In this document: one piece after another, positions 38,273 to 49,600 of the stretch
Layout of the letters: each line of letters begins with the position of its first letter
Position numbering within the stretch: the stretch's first letter is position 1
Origin: Octopus bimaculoides
Taxonomy: Eukaryota
Assembly: GCF_001194135.2 (NCBI RefSeq)
Contig: NC_068981.1
Coordinates: 184,226,507-184,290,506, forward strand
Direction: 5' to 3'
DNA: 64,000 bases
Program-made: the position numbers and the translations under genes
Notes under the pieces: model-generated
What the model saw: the letters and a program-made list of their open reading frames with translations, nothing else
Database searches by the model: none
What the model was told of the DNA's origin: nothing

Positions 38273-38951
38273 CTAGTCAAGGGAGATGCAAAAATTAAAA
38301 ATAGATAATTCCCAAAAGAATACATTGCAGATTACATATTAGTACATATTAGAAACACACAGCATAGCCTTGTGACTATTTAGTGTAAAAGAGATAATTT
38401 TTTCTAGGTAATACTTGGTGGGGGTTAGATGTTAGAATTTTAAACTAAGGAACAAGAAAGAACAATGTATAGAATATATATATATATATATTGTATATTT
38501 TCATTTGTCTTGCCCGCTTTATGCTCTGGTGTTTGCTGAATTTTTTCTGGAGAACATTCTTTTCTTTGCGGTTAGATCGTAGGTGATCTTTTTCTAGCAT
38601 ATCGGATGTCCACTTAGTGGTCATACCTTCTTATACGCATGTAATACAGTTTTTCGGAATTTTCAGAATTTTTTAATATGCTAGGCCACAGGTTTTAAAT
38701 TGATGTTAATCAAATTAATATTCAATTTATCACCGTCAGTATATATATATATATATNNNNNNNNNNNNNNNNNNNNNNNNNNNNNNNNNNNNNNNNNNNN
38801 NNNNNNNNNNNNNNNNNNNNNNNNNNNNNNNNNNNNNNNNNNNNNNNNNNNNNNNNNNNNNNNNNNNNNNNNNNNNNNNNNNNNNNNNNNNNNNNNNNNN
38901 NNNNNNNNNNNNNNNNNNNNNNNNNNNNNNNNNNNNNNNNNNNNNNNNNNN

Positions 38952-39246
38952 ATAACATTTTAATCCATGTATATGATTGCTTCAAATGGTAACACCAATA
39001 TGCAGGAAACATGGAAGAGATTAAATTAATTATTATTAATTTAATTATATATTACCATTCTTGTCAGTCTAAAAAATAAAGGAAACATCAGAAAAGTTGT
39101 AACAGAAGAATCACGACTTTTCTGATGTTTCCTTCATTTTTTGCACTGACGAGAATGGTAATATATAATTAAATTAATCTTGTCCGTGTTTCTTACATGT
39201 TGGTGTTACCATTTGAAACGATCGTATGCATGGATTAAAATGTTAT
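38952..39246. mobile_element. ~295-bp fold-back palindrome carrying two hammerhead copies (Penelope-like pseudo-LTR remnant?)
   Basis: arms 38952-39100 and 39113-39246 are imperfect reverse complements around a 12-nt loop; abuts an N-gap and (AT)n. PLE assignment is inference. Confidence 0.7.
39142..39230 (+). ncRNA. type I hammerhead ribozyme motif, complete canonical core
   Basis: stem I TGCA(39142-45)/TGCA(39227-30); core CTGACGA 39146-52; stem II GAATGGTAA(39153-61)/TTACCATTT(39206-14); GAAA 39215-18; 2-bp stem III in palindromic ACGATCGT; GUA triplet, predicted cut after 39226. Activity untested. Confidence 0.8.
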
Positions 39247-39547
39247 CAAACTTTTAACATCTTCCCTTCTCCATCTTTAATTGCTTATCGAGTTGATATA
39301 GGACTGTGTTCTATAAATGCTTATAATACACCTTATACTTGTAAAATTTTCATATTTTTAATGAAATACTTGCAGTAGCAAGCTACAAATTTAATATAAA
39401 GAATCTTTATTAGATATCTAACTTTGGGCTCCCCAAAGTAAAACTGTTCTAATTGAACTTAACCTTTCTCATATATATATATATATATAAAATTTTTTTC
39501 AGAATGAGATAAAAAAACCAAGGCTAAGAAGATTTTTAGAACATTAG

Positions 39548-39595
39548 GCCTTACAGCTGTTTCCAGGATATTTTTTATATCCCTTCATCAGAGAC
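39548..39595 (-). ncRNA. type I minimal hammerhead ribozyme motif
   Basis: minus strand reads GTCT-CTGATGA-A-GGGATAT(AAAAA)ATATCCT-G-GAAA-CAGCTG-TA^AGGC: canonical core, palindromic stem III, GUA site; base of stem II is imperfect. Confidence 0.7.
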
Positions 39596-40782
39596 GGTGT
39601 GAGAAAATGGTTAGCCAATAGTTAATTTAGATAAGATATGAAATAGAGAGTGAAGTAGAGGAATGAAAATAGATGTGAGATATGCAGGGATATTGCATTT
39701 GTAGTTCCATTATTTACGCAGAATGGTATACATATAAGATTCCTGTACCTTGTATGTAAGTTCCAATAGTATTTAAAATTGGTCATTCCAAGTATAGAGT
39801 TTGTACACAGTGCTATTGAATCAAGAGTTTATTTATAGTGACCTAAAAGTAGGGAATGTATTTGCAAGGTCAAATCGACAACAGGAAGAGAGGAATAAAG
39901 AAAAAGAAAAAAAAAGAAAAATAAGGAGAGAGATAATAAAGAGATGAAGAGAGGTAAAGTGTACCAGTAGTGGTCAGTCAAGATAAATTGATAGTAGGAA
40001 TGGGGAGGTGAGGGCGATACAGAGAGATGGATATGAGGGTATAAAAAGATGATAGGATAAAGAGTAAAGGAGTGTCAGATAGACAGAATGGTAGGGTTGA
40101 TAGAGAGAGAGAGGTTTAATAGTGTAAAAAGAAAAGGAGTGTCAGGTATGTAGTGATAGAGCCTAAGTGATGGGGCAGAGAGAGGGGGGTAGGGGTAGTA
40201 ATTTGTTGGAATGAAGAATTTGGGAATATAGATTATATGACCTGTGTTGGACTCCTTATTTGCATAATCGCCCATACCGAGAGCTTAAGTATGGTTTGTC
40301 CATAGCACTTACTCAGCATTACCTGACACCTTTGGGTCTTATTGACACCATTACCTCTCATAACCTATATATATATATTTTATCATCATCATCGTTTAAT
40401 GTCCATTTTCCATGCTGGCATAGGTTCAATGGTTTGAGCCAGTAGGCTGCACCAGGCTCAATCTTATCTGGCATGGTTTCTACAGCTGGATGCCCTTCCT
40501 AATGCCAACCACTCCAAGAGTGTAGTGGGTGCTTTTACGTGCCACCGGCACGAGGGCCTGTCCAGCGGCACTGGCAACGACTTCGCTCAAATGCACTGGC
40601 AACAACCTCACTCACTGGGGTTGAGCTGTTTGACTAAAATCCTTAAAGGTGATACCCCAGCATGGTCACAGTCTAATGACTAAAACAAGAGAAAAGTGAA
40701 AAAGAAAGGAAAAGAACACAATGGTAATTTGTACATAATTGCCATTCTGATAAAAGGATAAAATCTAATCTATAATACTTAC

Positions 40783-40834
40783 ATAGTGACCAGCAGCACA
40801 AAATGAAGCTATAGTGTTTTCCATCAGAGGATTG
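40783..40834 (-). CDS. GPCPD1: GPCPD1 exon 9 (NPLMENTIASFCAAGHY)
   Basis: ttttattctag acceptor, gtaagt donor; phase 2/0; GDPD ENT motif. Confidence 0.93.
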
Positions 40835-41060
40835 CTAGAATAAAAGGAAAACTGAGACATTAAATTTCTAGTCAAAAGTAACACCACATCTCTTTTATGC
40901 ATTCTGTCTACATTTGGACAGAATTGATACTTTGAGGAGTAAAAGGATTAAATACAAAATAGCTGATATCAATTTTATGAAAGCATCCATTGTAAATACC
41001 AGAATCCCATTTGACCCTTTGATATTTAAGCTGACCATATCAGGCCCAAATATTCTACCT

Positions 41061-41407
41061 GTTTTATAAAGAATAAAAAGTTTCGAATAGTACAACAATG
41101 CACTATAAGACAAAAAATGGACTAAATACCTGTTGTAATTTAGTTATCCATAGTCCGATGATATTTCGGAATACAATTCTTTCTTTAGATATTCTTAGAT
41201 GGAGTCGCCAAACCGATTATAGCAGCAACTCCATCTAAGAATATCTGAAGAAGGAATTGTATTCCGAAACATCATCGGACTATGGATAACTAAATTACAA
41301 CAGGTATATAGTCCATTTTTTTGTATTATAGTGCATTGTTGTACCATTCAAAACTTTTTATTCTTTACAAACAATATACACTGCTTCAAGCAAACTACAA
41401 TACTCTC
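41061..41407. mobile_element. fold-back insertion with 13-bp direct repeat, nested in a TTAA MITE
   Basis: arms ~41061-41208 and 41225-41372, 16-nt loop; ctacctgttttat duplicated at 41055-41067 and 41408-41420; CTGAAGA-A-GGAAT/ATTCC-GAAA at 41245-41269. Confidence 0.7.
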
Positions 41408-42521
41408 CTACCTGTTTTATGTTTAAGCTGGCCAGATCTGGTCTCTCACATCTACTATACAGTGTCGTTTTAAAAATAAACACTCACTTAAAGCTATGAA
41501 ATAATGCATGCGGGTGGCACATAAAAGACACCATTTCGAGCGTGGCCGTTTTCGTGCGGGTGACACGTAAAAGCACCCACTACACTCTCTGAGTGGTTGG
41601 CGTTAGGAAGGGCATCCAGCTGTAGAAACTCTGCCAAATTAGATTGGAGCCTGGTGTTGCCATCTGGTTTCACCAGTCCTCAGTCAAATCGTCCAACCCA
41701 GGCTAGCATGGAAAGCGGATGTTAAACGATGATGATGATGATGATGATGATGTAAATAAATAAGTATTACATTTGACCAAATAATCTGAATTCTAAGAGC
41801 ACATGGAACCAACAAAGAAATATCTGTGAAGAAATTCAGTTTGCACATGTATTGGTTATGTAGCCGGCAGTAAGCACCTTCATCATAATCCATCATTTAG
41901 CTTCTATTTTTGATGGTTTGACTGTAACTGTAACTGATAAGCTAGAGAGCTGTACCAGGCTCCAGTCTGTTTTGGCTATGTTTTTACAATCAGGTGTCCT
42001 TCCTAATGCCAACCACTCCACAGAGTGTAGTGGGTGCTTTTACATATCTTTCATGCATCACTGGCATGGGTGCCTTTTACGTGTCACTAGCAATGGCACC
42101 CATGCTGGTGGCACATAAAAAGCACCCACTACACTCTTGGAATGTTTGCTGTTAGGAAGGGCATCCAGCTGTAGAAACCTTGCCAAATCAGATTGGAGCC
42201 TGGTGTAGCTACCTGGCTTACCAGTTTTCAGTCAAACCGTCCAACCCATGCCAGCATGGAAAGCAGACGTTAAATGACAATGATGATGATGTTGATGATA
42301 GCACTAGTGAAAATTTAAAATTGCCCCCCCATAAATTAATGGTTTGACAAAAGAAACTCATACAATAGTACCATATATGAAAAACTATGAGAGAAAAGAA
42401 AAAGCATTGGGGCTGATTTGTTTGACTAAAACCCTTCAAGATGGTGCTCCAGCATGGCTGTAGTTCAATGACTGAAGCCAGTAAAAGATAAAAATGTCAA
42501 ACAGAGCAAAGATCAACTTAC

Positions 42522-42654
42522 GGAAGTGTAAAAGAAGAACCCATTCCTCGATGACCAATATGTAATGGATCTTTCTGATGCTGCAATTGCTTTTGATAAG
42601 AGAATTCAAGAGAACAGTGATGTCCTTGAAGAGGTTTTGTTATGCAATATTTCA
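42522..42654 (-). CDS. GPCPD1: GPCPD1 exon 8, start of GDPD domain (KYCITKPLQGHHCSLEFSYQKQLQHQKDPLHIGHRGMGSSFTL)
   Basis: ttttttttcag acceptor, gtaagt donor; phase 1/2; catalytic GHRG motif. Confidence 0.95.
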
Positions 42655-45065
42655 CTGAAAAAAAAATAACAGATCAATTTAGGAAGCAATCATCATCATC
42701 ATCATCATCGTTTAACGTCCGCTTTCCATGCTAGCATGGGTTGGACGATTTGACTGAGGACTGGTGCAACCGGATGGCTACACCAGGCTCCAGTGTGATT
42801 TGGCAGAGTTTCTACAGCTGGATGCCCTTCCTAACGCCAACCACTCAGAGAGTGTAGTGGGTGCTTTTACGTGTCACCCGCANNNNNNNNNNNNNNNNNN
42901 NNNNNNNNNNNNNNNNNNNNNNNNNNNNNNNNNNNNNNNNNNNNNNNNNNNNNNNNNNNNNNNNNNNNNNNNNNNNNNNNNNNNNNNNNNNNNNNNNNNN
43001 NNNNNNNNNNNNNNNNNNNNNNNNNNNNNNNNNNNNNNNNNNNNNNNNNNNNNNNNNNNNNNNNNNNNNNNNNNNNNNNNNNNNNNNNNNNNNNNNNNNN
43101 NNNNNNNNNNNNNNNNNNNNNNNNNNNNNNNNNNNNNNNNNNNNNNNNNNNNNNNNNNNNNNNNNNNNNNNNNNNNNNNNNNNNNNNNNNNNNNNNNNNN
43201 NNNNNNNNNNNNNNNNNNNNNNNNNNNNNNNNNNNNNNNNNNNNNNNNNNNNNNNNNNNNNNNNNNNNNNNNNNNNNNNNNNNNNNNNNNNNNNNNNNNN
43301 NNNNNNNNNNNNNNNNNNNNNNNNNNNNNNNNNNNNNNNNNNNNNNNNNNNNNNNNNNNNNNNNNNNNNNNNNNNNNNNNNNNNNNNNNNNNNNNNNNNN
43401 NNNNNNNNNNNNNNNNNNNNNNNNNNNNNNNNNNNNNNNNNNNNNNNNNNNNNNNNNNNNNNNNNNNNNNNNNNNNNNNNNNNNNNNNNNNNNNNNNNNN
43501 NNNNNNNNNNNNNNNNNNNNNNNNNNNNNNNNNNNNNNNNNNNNNNNNNNNNNNNNNNNNNNNNNNNNNNNNNNNNNNNNNNNNNNNNNNNNGTGTTTAT
43601 TGCACCTGAACCAAGTCCAATAAAAAAAACCCCCCAAAAAAAACACAACAGCAGCAGCAGCGCCGCTGCCACCACCACCACCACCAAATATTTTGCTCGA
43701 TACCACAAATTTGCCTGTCAGTTGTTTGACCTTATTCAGTTGAGCATGTCCCTTGGTGGCTTACAATATGTGCATGTCTGATCATGAGCAGAAGTAGTGG
43801 AGGAGCATCATAGCCATGTGTTGAGAGGAATTCTTTGGGGTCTGAATAATTCACCTCTGGAAACCTGGGTGTTTCATTCAACATCCTTAAACAACTTTTA
43901 TTCAGGGACCTTTTGAGAGAGATGGGCTACTTGACCTAAAGAAAATTCTAACTGGGCCCCCACCTGCAAGGTCATGCGTTGTTTATCTTGATACGAGATC
44001 ACTATGTCGTGCACATATGGTCGTGATGCATGTGCCTAGTGTACCCTTATTAGACAAGTAGTCATGATGGGTATACTGGGCTTTGTATATTTGTACCCCA
44101 GCATCACTCTGATGGCATGTGCTGCTCTTTCAGTGAATAATAATAATAATAATGATGATAATCCTTTCTACTATAGGCACAAGGCCTGAAATTTTGGGGG
44201 AGGGGACTAGTTGATTACATTATCAAGCCCCAGTGATTCACTGGTACTTAATTTATTGACCCCGAAAGGATGAAAGACAAAATCAACCATAGCAGGATTT
44301 GAACTCTGAACGTAAAGATGGGAGAAATCAACATGGAGAACAGACATTAAATGATGATGATGGTGGTGGTGGTGTGTGTGCGTGTGTGCACATGTCTATG
44401 TTTTTATGGATATGTGTGCGTGTGTGCACAGGCATGTATGTACCCTTGCCTCGGCATCATGAGATGGTTGTAAAAAAATATTATTCTCATTCAAGCTATG
44501 TTGTTTGCTTCTAGTTTTCCACGGGAAACATGTCTGGCCACAGAGTGAAAGCACATGGCTTAGTTGTTAAGGTGTTCAGTTCATGATTATTAGGTTGTGA
44601 GTTTGATTCCTGTTGACATATTGTGTCCTTGAGCAAGACACTTTATTTCACATTATTCCAGGCCGCACACGTGGTACAAATGAGTTGTACCTGTAATTCA
44701 AAGGACCAACTTTGTCACATTCAGTGTCACGTCAAATCTCCTAGAGAGCTACATTAAGGGTACATGTGTCTGTGGAGTGCTCAGCCACTTGTACGTTTAA
44801 TTTCACAAGCAGGCTGTTCTGTTGATCGCATCAACTGGAACCCTCATTGTCATAACCCATTGAATGCCAGTCTGGCAATAGGAAATGTCACATTGCTAAG
44901 AAACAAGTGAGGGTTGGCCACAAGAAGGACATTTGAGTGTAGAAAATCTGTCACAATAATTTATGTTTGACCCATGCAAGCATGGAAAAAATGGATATTT
45001 GATGATGATGATGAATAATGAAGAAATATTAAGCATTGAGATATCAGTTACAACAAACTACTTAC

Positions 45066-45240
45066 CTTTTATTTCTCCAGCTATTTTTTGATCAAGTGTT
45101 GAAATATAAGTCGTTGCTGTACCCAAAGAATCCTTCAGAATTGATGGAAGGATATAGCTGTACCCAATATGGGTAGGTCCATGTGTTAATGGATTATTTT
45201 CTACAGATGTATGACACCCATAGAAGTCCAAACGGAAACC
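45066..45240 (-). CDS. GPCPD1: GPCPD1 exon 7 (GFRLDFYGCHTSVENNPLTHGPTHIGYSYILPSILKDSLGTATTYISTLDQKIAGEIK)
   Basis: AG at 45242-45241, gtaagt donor; phase 0/1; aligns to ELIFDFF...PGHVGTACLLSS...TIGKVR. Confidence 0.87.
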
Positions 45241-45828
45241 CTTCAATTGAGAAACAATAACAAGAATTATTTTGTTTTGCATTGCTTTGAGTTAAATAAC
45301 AGTAGACATGCAGACATTTAAACATCTATACTATAATAAAGAAAGCTGCTTATTTATTAGTTTGGAGTATGTAACTTTTACTAAAAGAAAGCAAATATTA
45401 AAGTCTACAGTATCTAAAAAATTCCAATAAATTGCAATTTTAAAATATTTTTATTAAAATATTTAGAAGAAGGCCTATCAAGTCAAGTAAAGTTGCAATT
45501 GTGGCAGATACCAGTGTCACAGAAATGGCACCTGTGCTAGTGGCATGTAAAAGCACCTTTCAAGTATTGGGCCTCACAGAGGCAAAGACTGAGACCATTG
45601 TTCAATCAACAAGCTCTGAGATAATAAGATTTGAGGAAAATTTAGTTATTGTATTGAGCAGATTGAGTCCATACCTCGTAGAATTCAAGATGTAATTACT
45701 GCTAAAGGCAGTTCTACCCCACATTAAAATTAATTTGTTTGAAATTTTAAGGGGTTTCCATTATTTTGTCAAACCCCTGTATATGTGTATAAATAAATGG
45801 ACACATAGATCAAAACATTTTGATTCAG

Positions 45829-45956
45829 ACTCCTTGGTATACTGAGTTTCAAGCGTGTGGCTAGTCTTCAGCCATTGGGGCTTAAATGACAAACTCTCAT
45901 TCAGAACCCAATGGCTGAAGACTAACCACACACTTGAAACTCAAACTACCAAAGAG
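45829..45956. repeat. short fold-back palindrome with CTGAAGA...GAAAC in each arm
   Basis: arms ~45829-45879 and ~45907-45956 are imperfect reverse complements. Confidence 0.65.
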
Positions 45957-46044
45957 TGTTTCAAACTTTGATCCATACATCTAACTCCCAATAAATGTGT
46001 CGAGTGCCTTTCTTTCGTTTGTCTACACACATATATATATATAT

Positions 46045-46235
46045 AGTTGAAATTTACAGAAAAACAAAAGACGAAGACAGGTGTATAAACAACAAACAGG
46101 CGTATTAGTTTAACGCTCAGTGAGGTGAGGAAGTCTTTTACATTTCGAGCCTACGCTCTTCAACAGAAAGGAACATGAGGAAATAAACAGAGAAAGAATT
46201 AAAAAAACTTGTGGAGCTAGCGGTCAATCATAGCA
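46045..46235 (-). mobile_element. second long copy of the (TA)n-associated ~200-bp repeat
   Basis: minus strand contains CTTT-CTGTTGA-A-GAGC(GTAG)GCTC-GAAA-TG-TA-AAAG at 46170-46135, then the same 3' segment ending at (AT)n. Confidence 0.7.
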
Positions 46236-46494
46236 CAAATATAAGGCAAAATATAATTGAAATGTATTTTGTTAGGCTGCTGCAAAAGGATCAAATCCTT
46301 CTATGTGTATAGATAAGAAAGGAATAGGCTATGTCAAACTGAATAGTTGCTCATTACACAATGAAAAGATAAAAAGTTCCAGAGGTGCCTTAAGGTTCTA
46401 AATAGCTATTTCATTGAGATAGAAGAATGAATACTAAACAGGTATGTTTGGCAATAATAATCTGTCATATAAAATATGTTACAACTGAACTTAC

Positions 46495-46605
46495 AATCTT
46501 TGAAGAGTCTAAAACTTGGCTCTTGAAGGTCAAAACAGAATCTGGTTCGTAGACACAGCCAAAATTACTCTGTTTGGTTGACTGATAATTTTCTTCAGTA
46601 AGAAC
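46495..46605 (-). CDS. GPCPD1: GPCPD1 exon 6 (VLTEENYQSTKQSNFGCVYEPDSVLTFKSQVLDSSKI)
   Basis: catttctcag acceptor, gtaagt donor; phase 0/0; aligns to LISDNEFKCRHSQPECGYGLQPDRWTEYSIQTMEPDNL. Confidence 0.85.
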
Positions 46606-49600
46606 CTGAGAAATGTGAGAATTTGATTTATATCAAAAATAGCAACAAACAAGAACATTTGTAGTGTATTACAGGTAATTACCAAAGGGGTGGGGTGCTG
46701 GTGTTTAGGGTTCTAGAAAAACATACCCATGCAATATGAACTCAATGGTTTCAAATTTTGGCACAAGGCCAGTAATTTTGTGGGGAGGGGTTAAGTTGAT
46801 TACATCAACCCCAGGGTTCAACTGCTACTTATTTTATCAACTCCAAAAGGATTAAAGGCAAAGTCAACCTTGGGGAAATTTGAACTTAGAATGTAAAGAT
46901 GGATGAAATGCCGCTAAACATTTTACTTGTGTTGCTAACGATTCTACCTTTATGAATACAAACATGTAACCTGTTTATACTCCATTGACTGAATGATGGT
47001 AAAAGTTATAGAAATCACCAATTAAACCACTTTCTTTAACCCTTAATGCATAGGAACCAAGTATATTTGGTTTCCATACATGTGTATTTCAGACTCAGAG
47101 ACAGAATTAACCTGTCTTTGATAGCGAGGTACTTTCTGAAATTCTCCACATTTCATATGATGTATTTTTACTGGCCAAAAGGAAGAGGTTGTGAAAACCA
47201 ATTTACATTTAATTTCTACATGTTTGTATGCAAAAAAACATTTATACAAGTCACTGAATTTACACATTTTCCAACCCCTACTATGACTATTAAATTATTA
47301 CTAAAAAGGGAACAGAAGTCAGTGAACGAGAGCATGGAGAAGGTATTCTGGTGGGATTGTAGCTTGGGAGAAGAAAAAATTAATTTGGATCCAGAAGTTG
47401 AGAGCGAAGACATTCCAAGAAAGACTACAAGAAATGATTGGTGATTAACATGGTAAAATAAAAGATAAATTAGAAAAACATACAACTGCAATCTAGTGTT
47501 GGAGATGACACACAAGAAGAGTGTTATTTTTGTTTATCTTTAGTTATTTATATGTGTGTGTGTGTGTGTGTGTGTGTGAATAGAGGAAATTGCACAAATT
47601 AAAGAAAAGCACACTTCAGACACATCATAGAATTGAAATATTTATTAACAGCTCGACTTAAAAGAGCTTTACTTGAAGTTTCACAGACACAAAAAAAAGT
47701 GATTATCAAGACACTCAAGTCTTGGATGTGTGGTTAAGAAATTCCCCTTGCAACCATGTGGTTTTAGTTTCAAGTCCACTGTGAGACACCTGGGGGGAAG
47801 TATTTTCTACTACAACCTTGAATTGACCACAGCCTTGTGAATGAAATTTTCTGGATGGAAACAATACAGAATCCTGCTGCATCTGTGTGTGTGTGTGTGT
47901 ACATGCATGTTTTCACATTGAAATCATTTGGTGGTCTAATGTGCAAAAACCCTAGGAATAAAGTACATTACATGAAAGCAGGTAAAGGCTGGTCAGAGAA
48001 AGGACATCCTACCACAGAATACCGCTTCATGAAGTCTCATCCAACCCATACTAGCATGGAAAAATGTGAACATCTCCTTCCTTTTTGTAATAAGCAACAG
48101 GAAGGGTATCTGGTTGTAGAACTTTACTTCAGAAAAATATCTAATGCAGGCCAGCATGGAAAGCGAAAATAAAACACTGATGATATTTACATGTCTTCAT
48201 GAATATCAATCCTTGTTTTAACATCCATTTCTTTTCTCTATATTGCCACAGATTGGAGAAATCTGGTGCACAGTGTATCATCACTCTTTTTAATATTTTG
48301 TCATCTCATCTGTGAGGACCAGAGTCAATTTTGCATCCAGTACTTGTCATTCATTATTCATTAACATCAATCACAGCTGTCTTTTCTGTATATATCAGTT
48401 GTTATCTTTAATGCCCAGACACACCTTCACTTCACTAGTTCTCCACAAATTAACATTATTCATCTTATAAAACATTACCCCATCTTCCACAATTCGTATC
48501 TGTCCGGCTTCCACGCATCTTTTGTGGTGTCTTACTACTGTATAGGCAATATCAAACTCCTTTCATTTGCTTTATGCAACTTGTCTTTCTTCATGGACAG
48601 AGAAGCACTCTCTTGCCAACAGATGGAGCAGCTCTCTGAACTTCTTCCACACATATTCCTTACTTTAATTATTATATTTCTGCAACATCCATCTAGAATA
48701 ATCAGCACTTTATGTTCTTTTATATCTCATTTCTTGTATGTGACATACATCCATTCACCTCCCCTCTGATATCGTGGCTATTTTACCAGACCTCCCTGTC
48801 AATGTGCTAACACTAATTGAAGAGGACCTGAAATTAAAAACCTGAAAACAAGAAGGCTGTTGTTGCTGGTGGTAGTCAGTGCTAACAGTCAAATGGGTGG
48901 TCATATCTGGAACTACTCCTGTACTATACTCCATAATAACACAGCAGATGTCAGTGCTGACAGTCAAATGGGTGGTCACATTTGGAACTATGCTTACATG
49001 TATCAATATTTCCACCAGCAACATAAAATTTATATCTTCGATGCACACCTGTAAAGTACAATGAACATTTAATATATTATCATTCCTTTTCTCTTCTTGT
49101 GCCAAGGCTACAGGTGTCAACAATTATGAACCTCCATGCCCAAGTCTGAAGATTCATGACTTTGGGAAAGAACAGTAGTGGTTTCCTGTTGCTTCCAAGC
49201 ATGTTTATTTACACTTTATTCTAGTGGTCTCCTGCTCTCTCAAGGTTACCTTTCAAGCACAGGGAGTGATTCGCATAAAATCAGAACAAGTCCACAGATG
49301 TCTTGGTATGACAAGACTAGCCCCCATCAAATTTCTGTATACTTTGGCCATAGGATCATCCTCTGCTATTTGATTCACAACTGGGGCCCTTGAATGTACT
49401 ATCACCATGGAGTGGGGCAAACCTAAGAGTATGTGTTAATTAAGGTTAACTCCACACTTCCCAAAACTCTTGAATTCCCAAGTCGGAGCCTCACCACAAG
49501 ACATAGTTATTGCCCAAGGCAATAGTATCAGTATTATAGAAAAATACAACACTATTATAATAATTTAAAGTCTTCATTACACATAAGTTAGCTTGGACAG

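Noticed and set aside
45066-45240. GFRLDFYGC looked like the LRxELYGC end of a discoidin (F5/8C) domain
   Set aside because: The exon splices in phase between GPCPD1 exons 6 and 8 and aligns with the GPCPD1 middle region; no other discoidin motifs were found.
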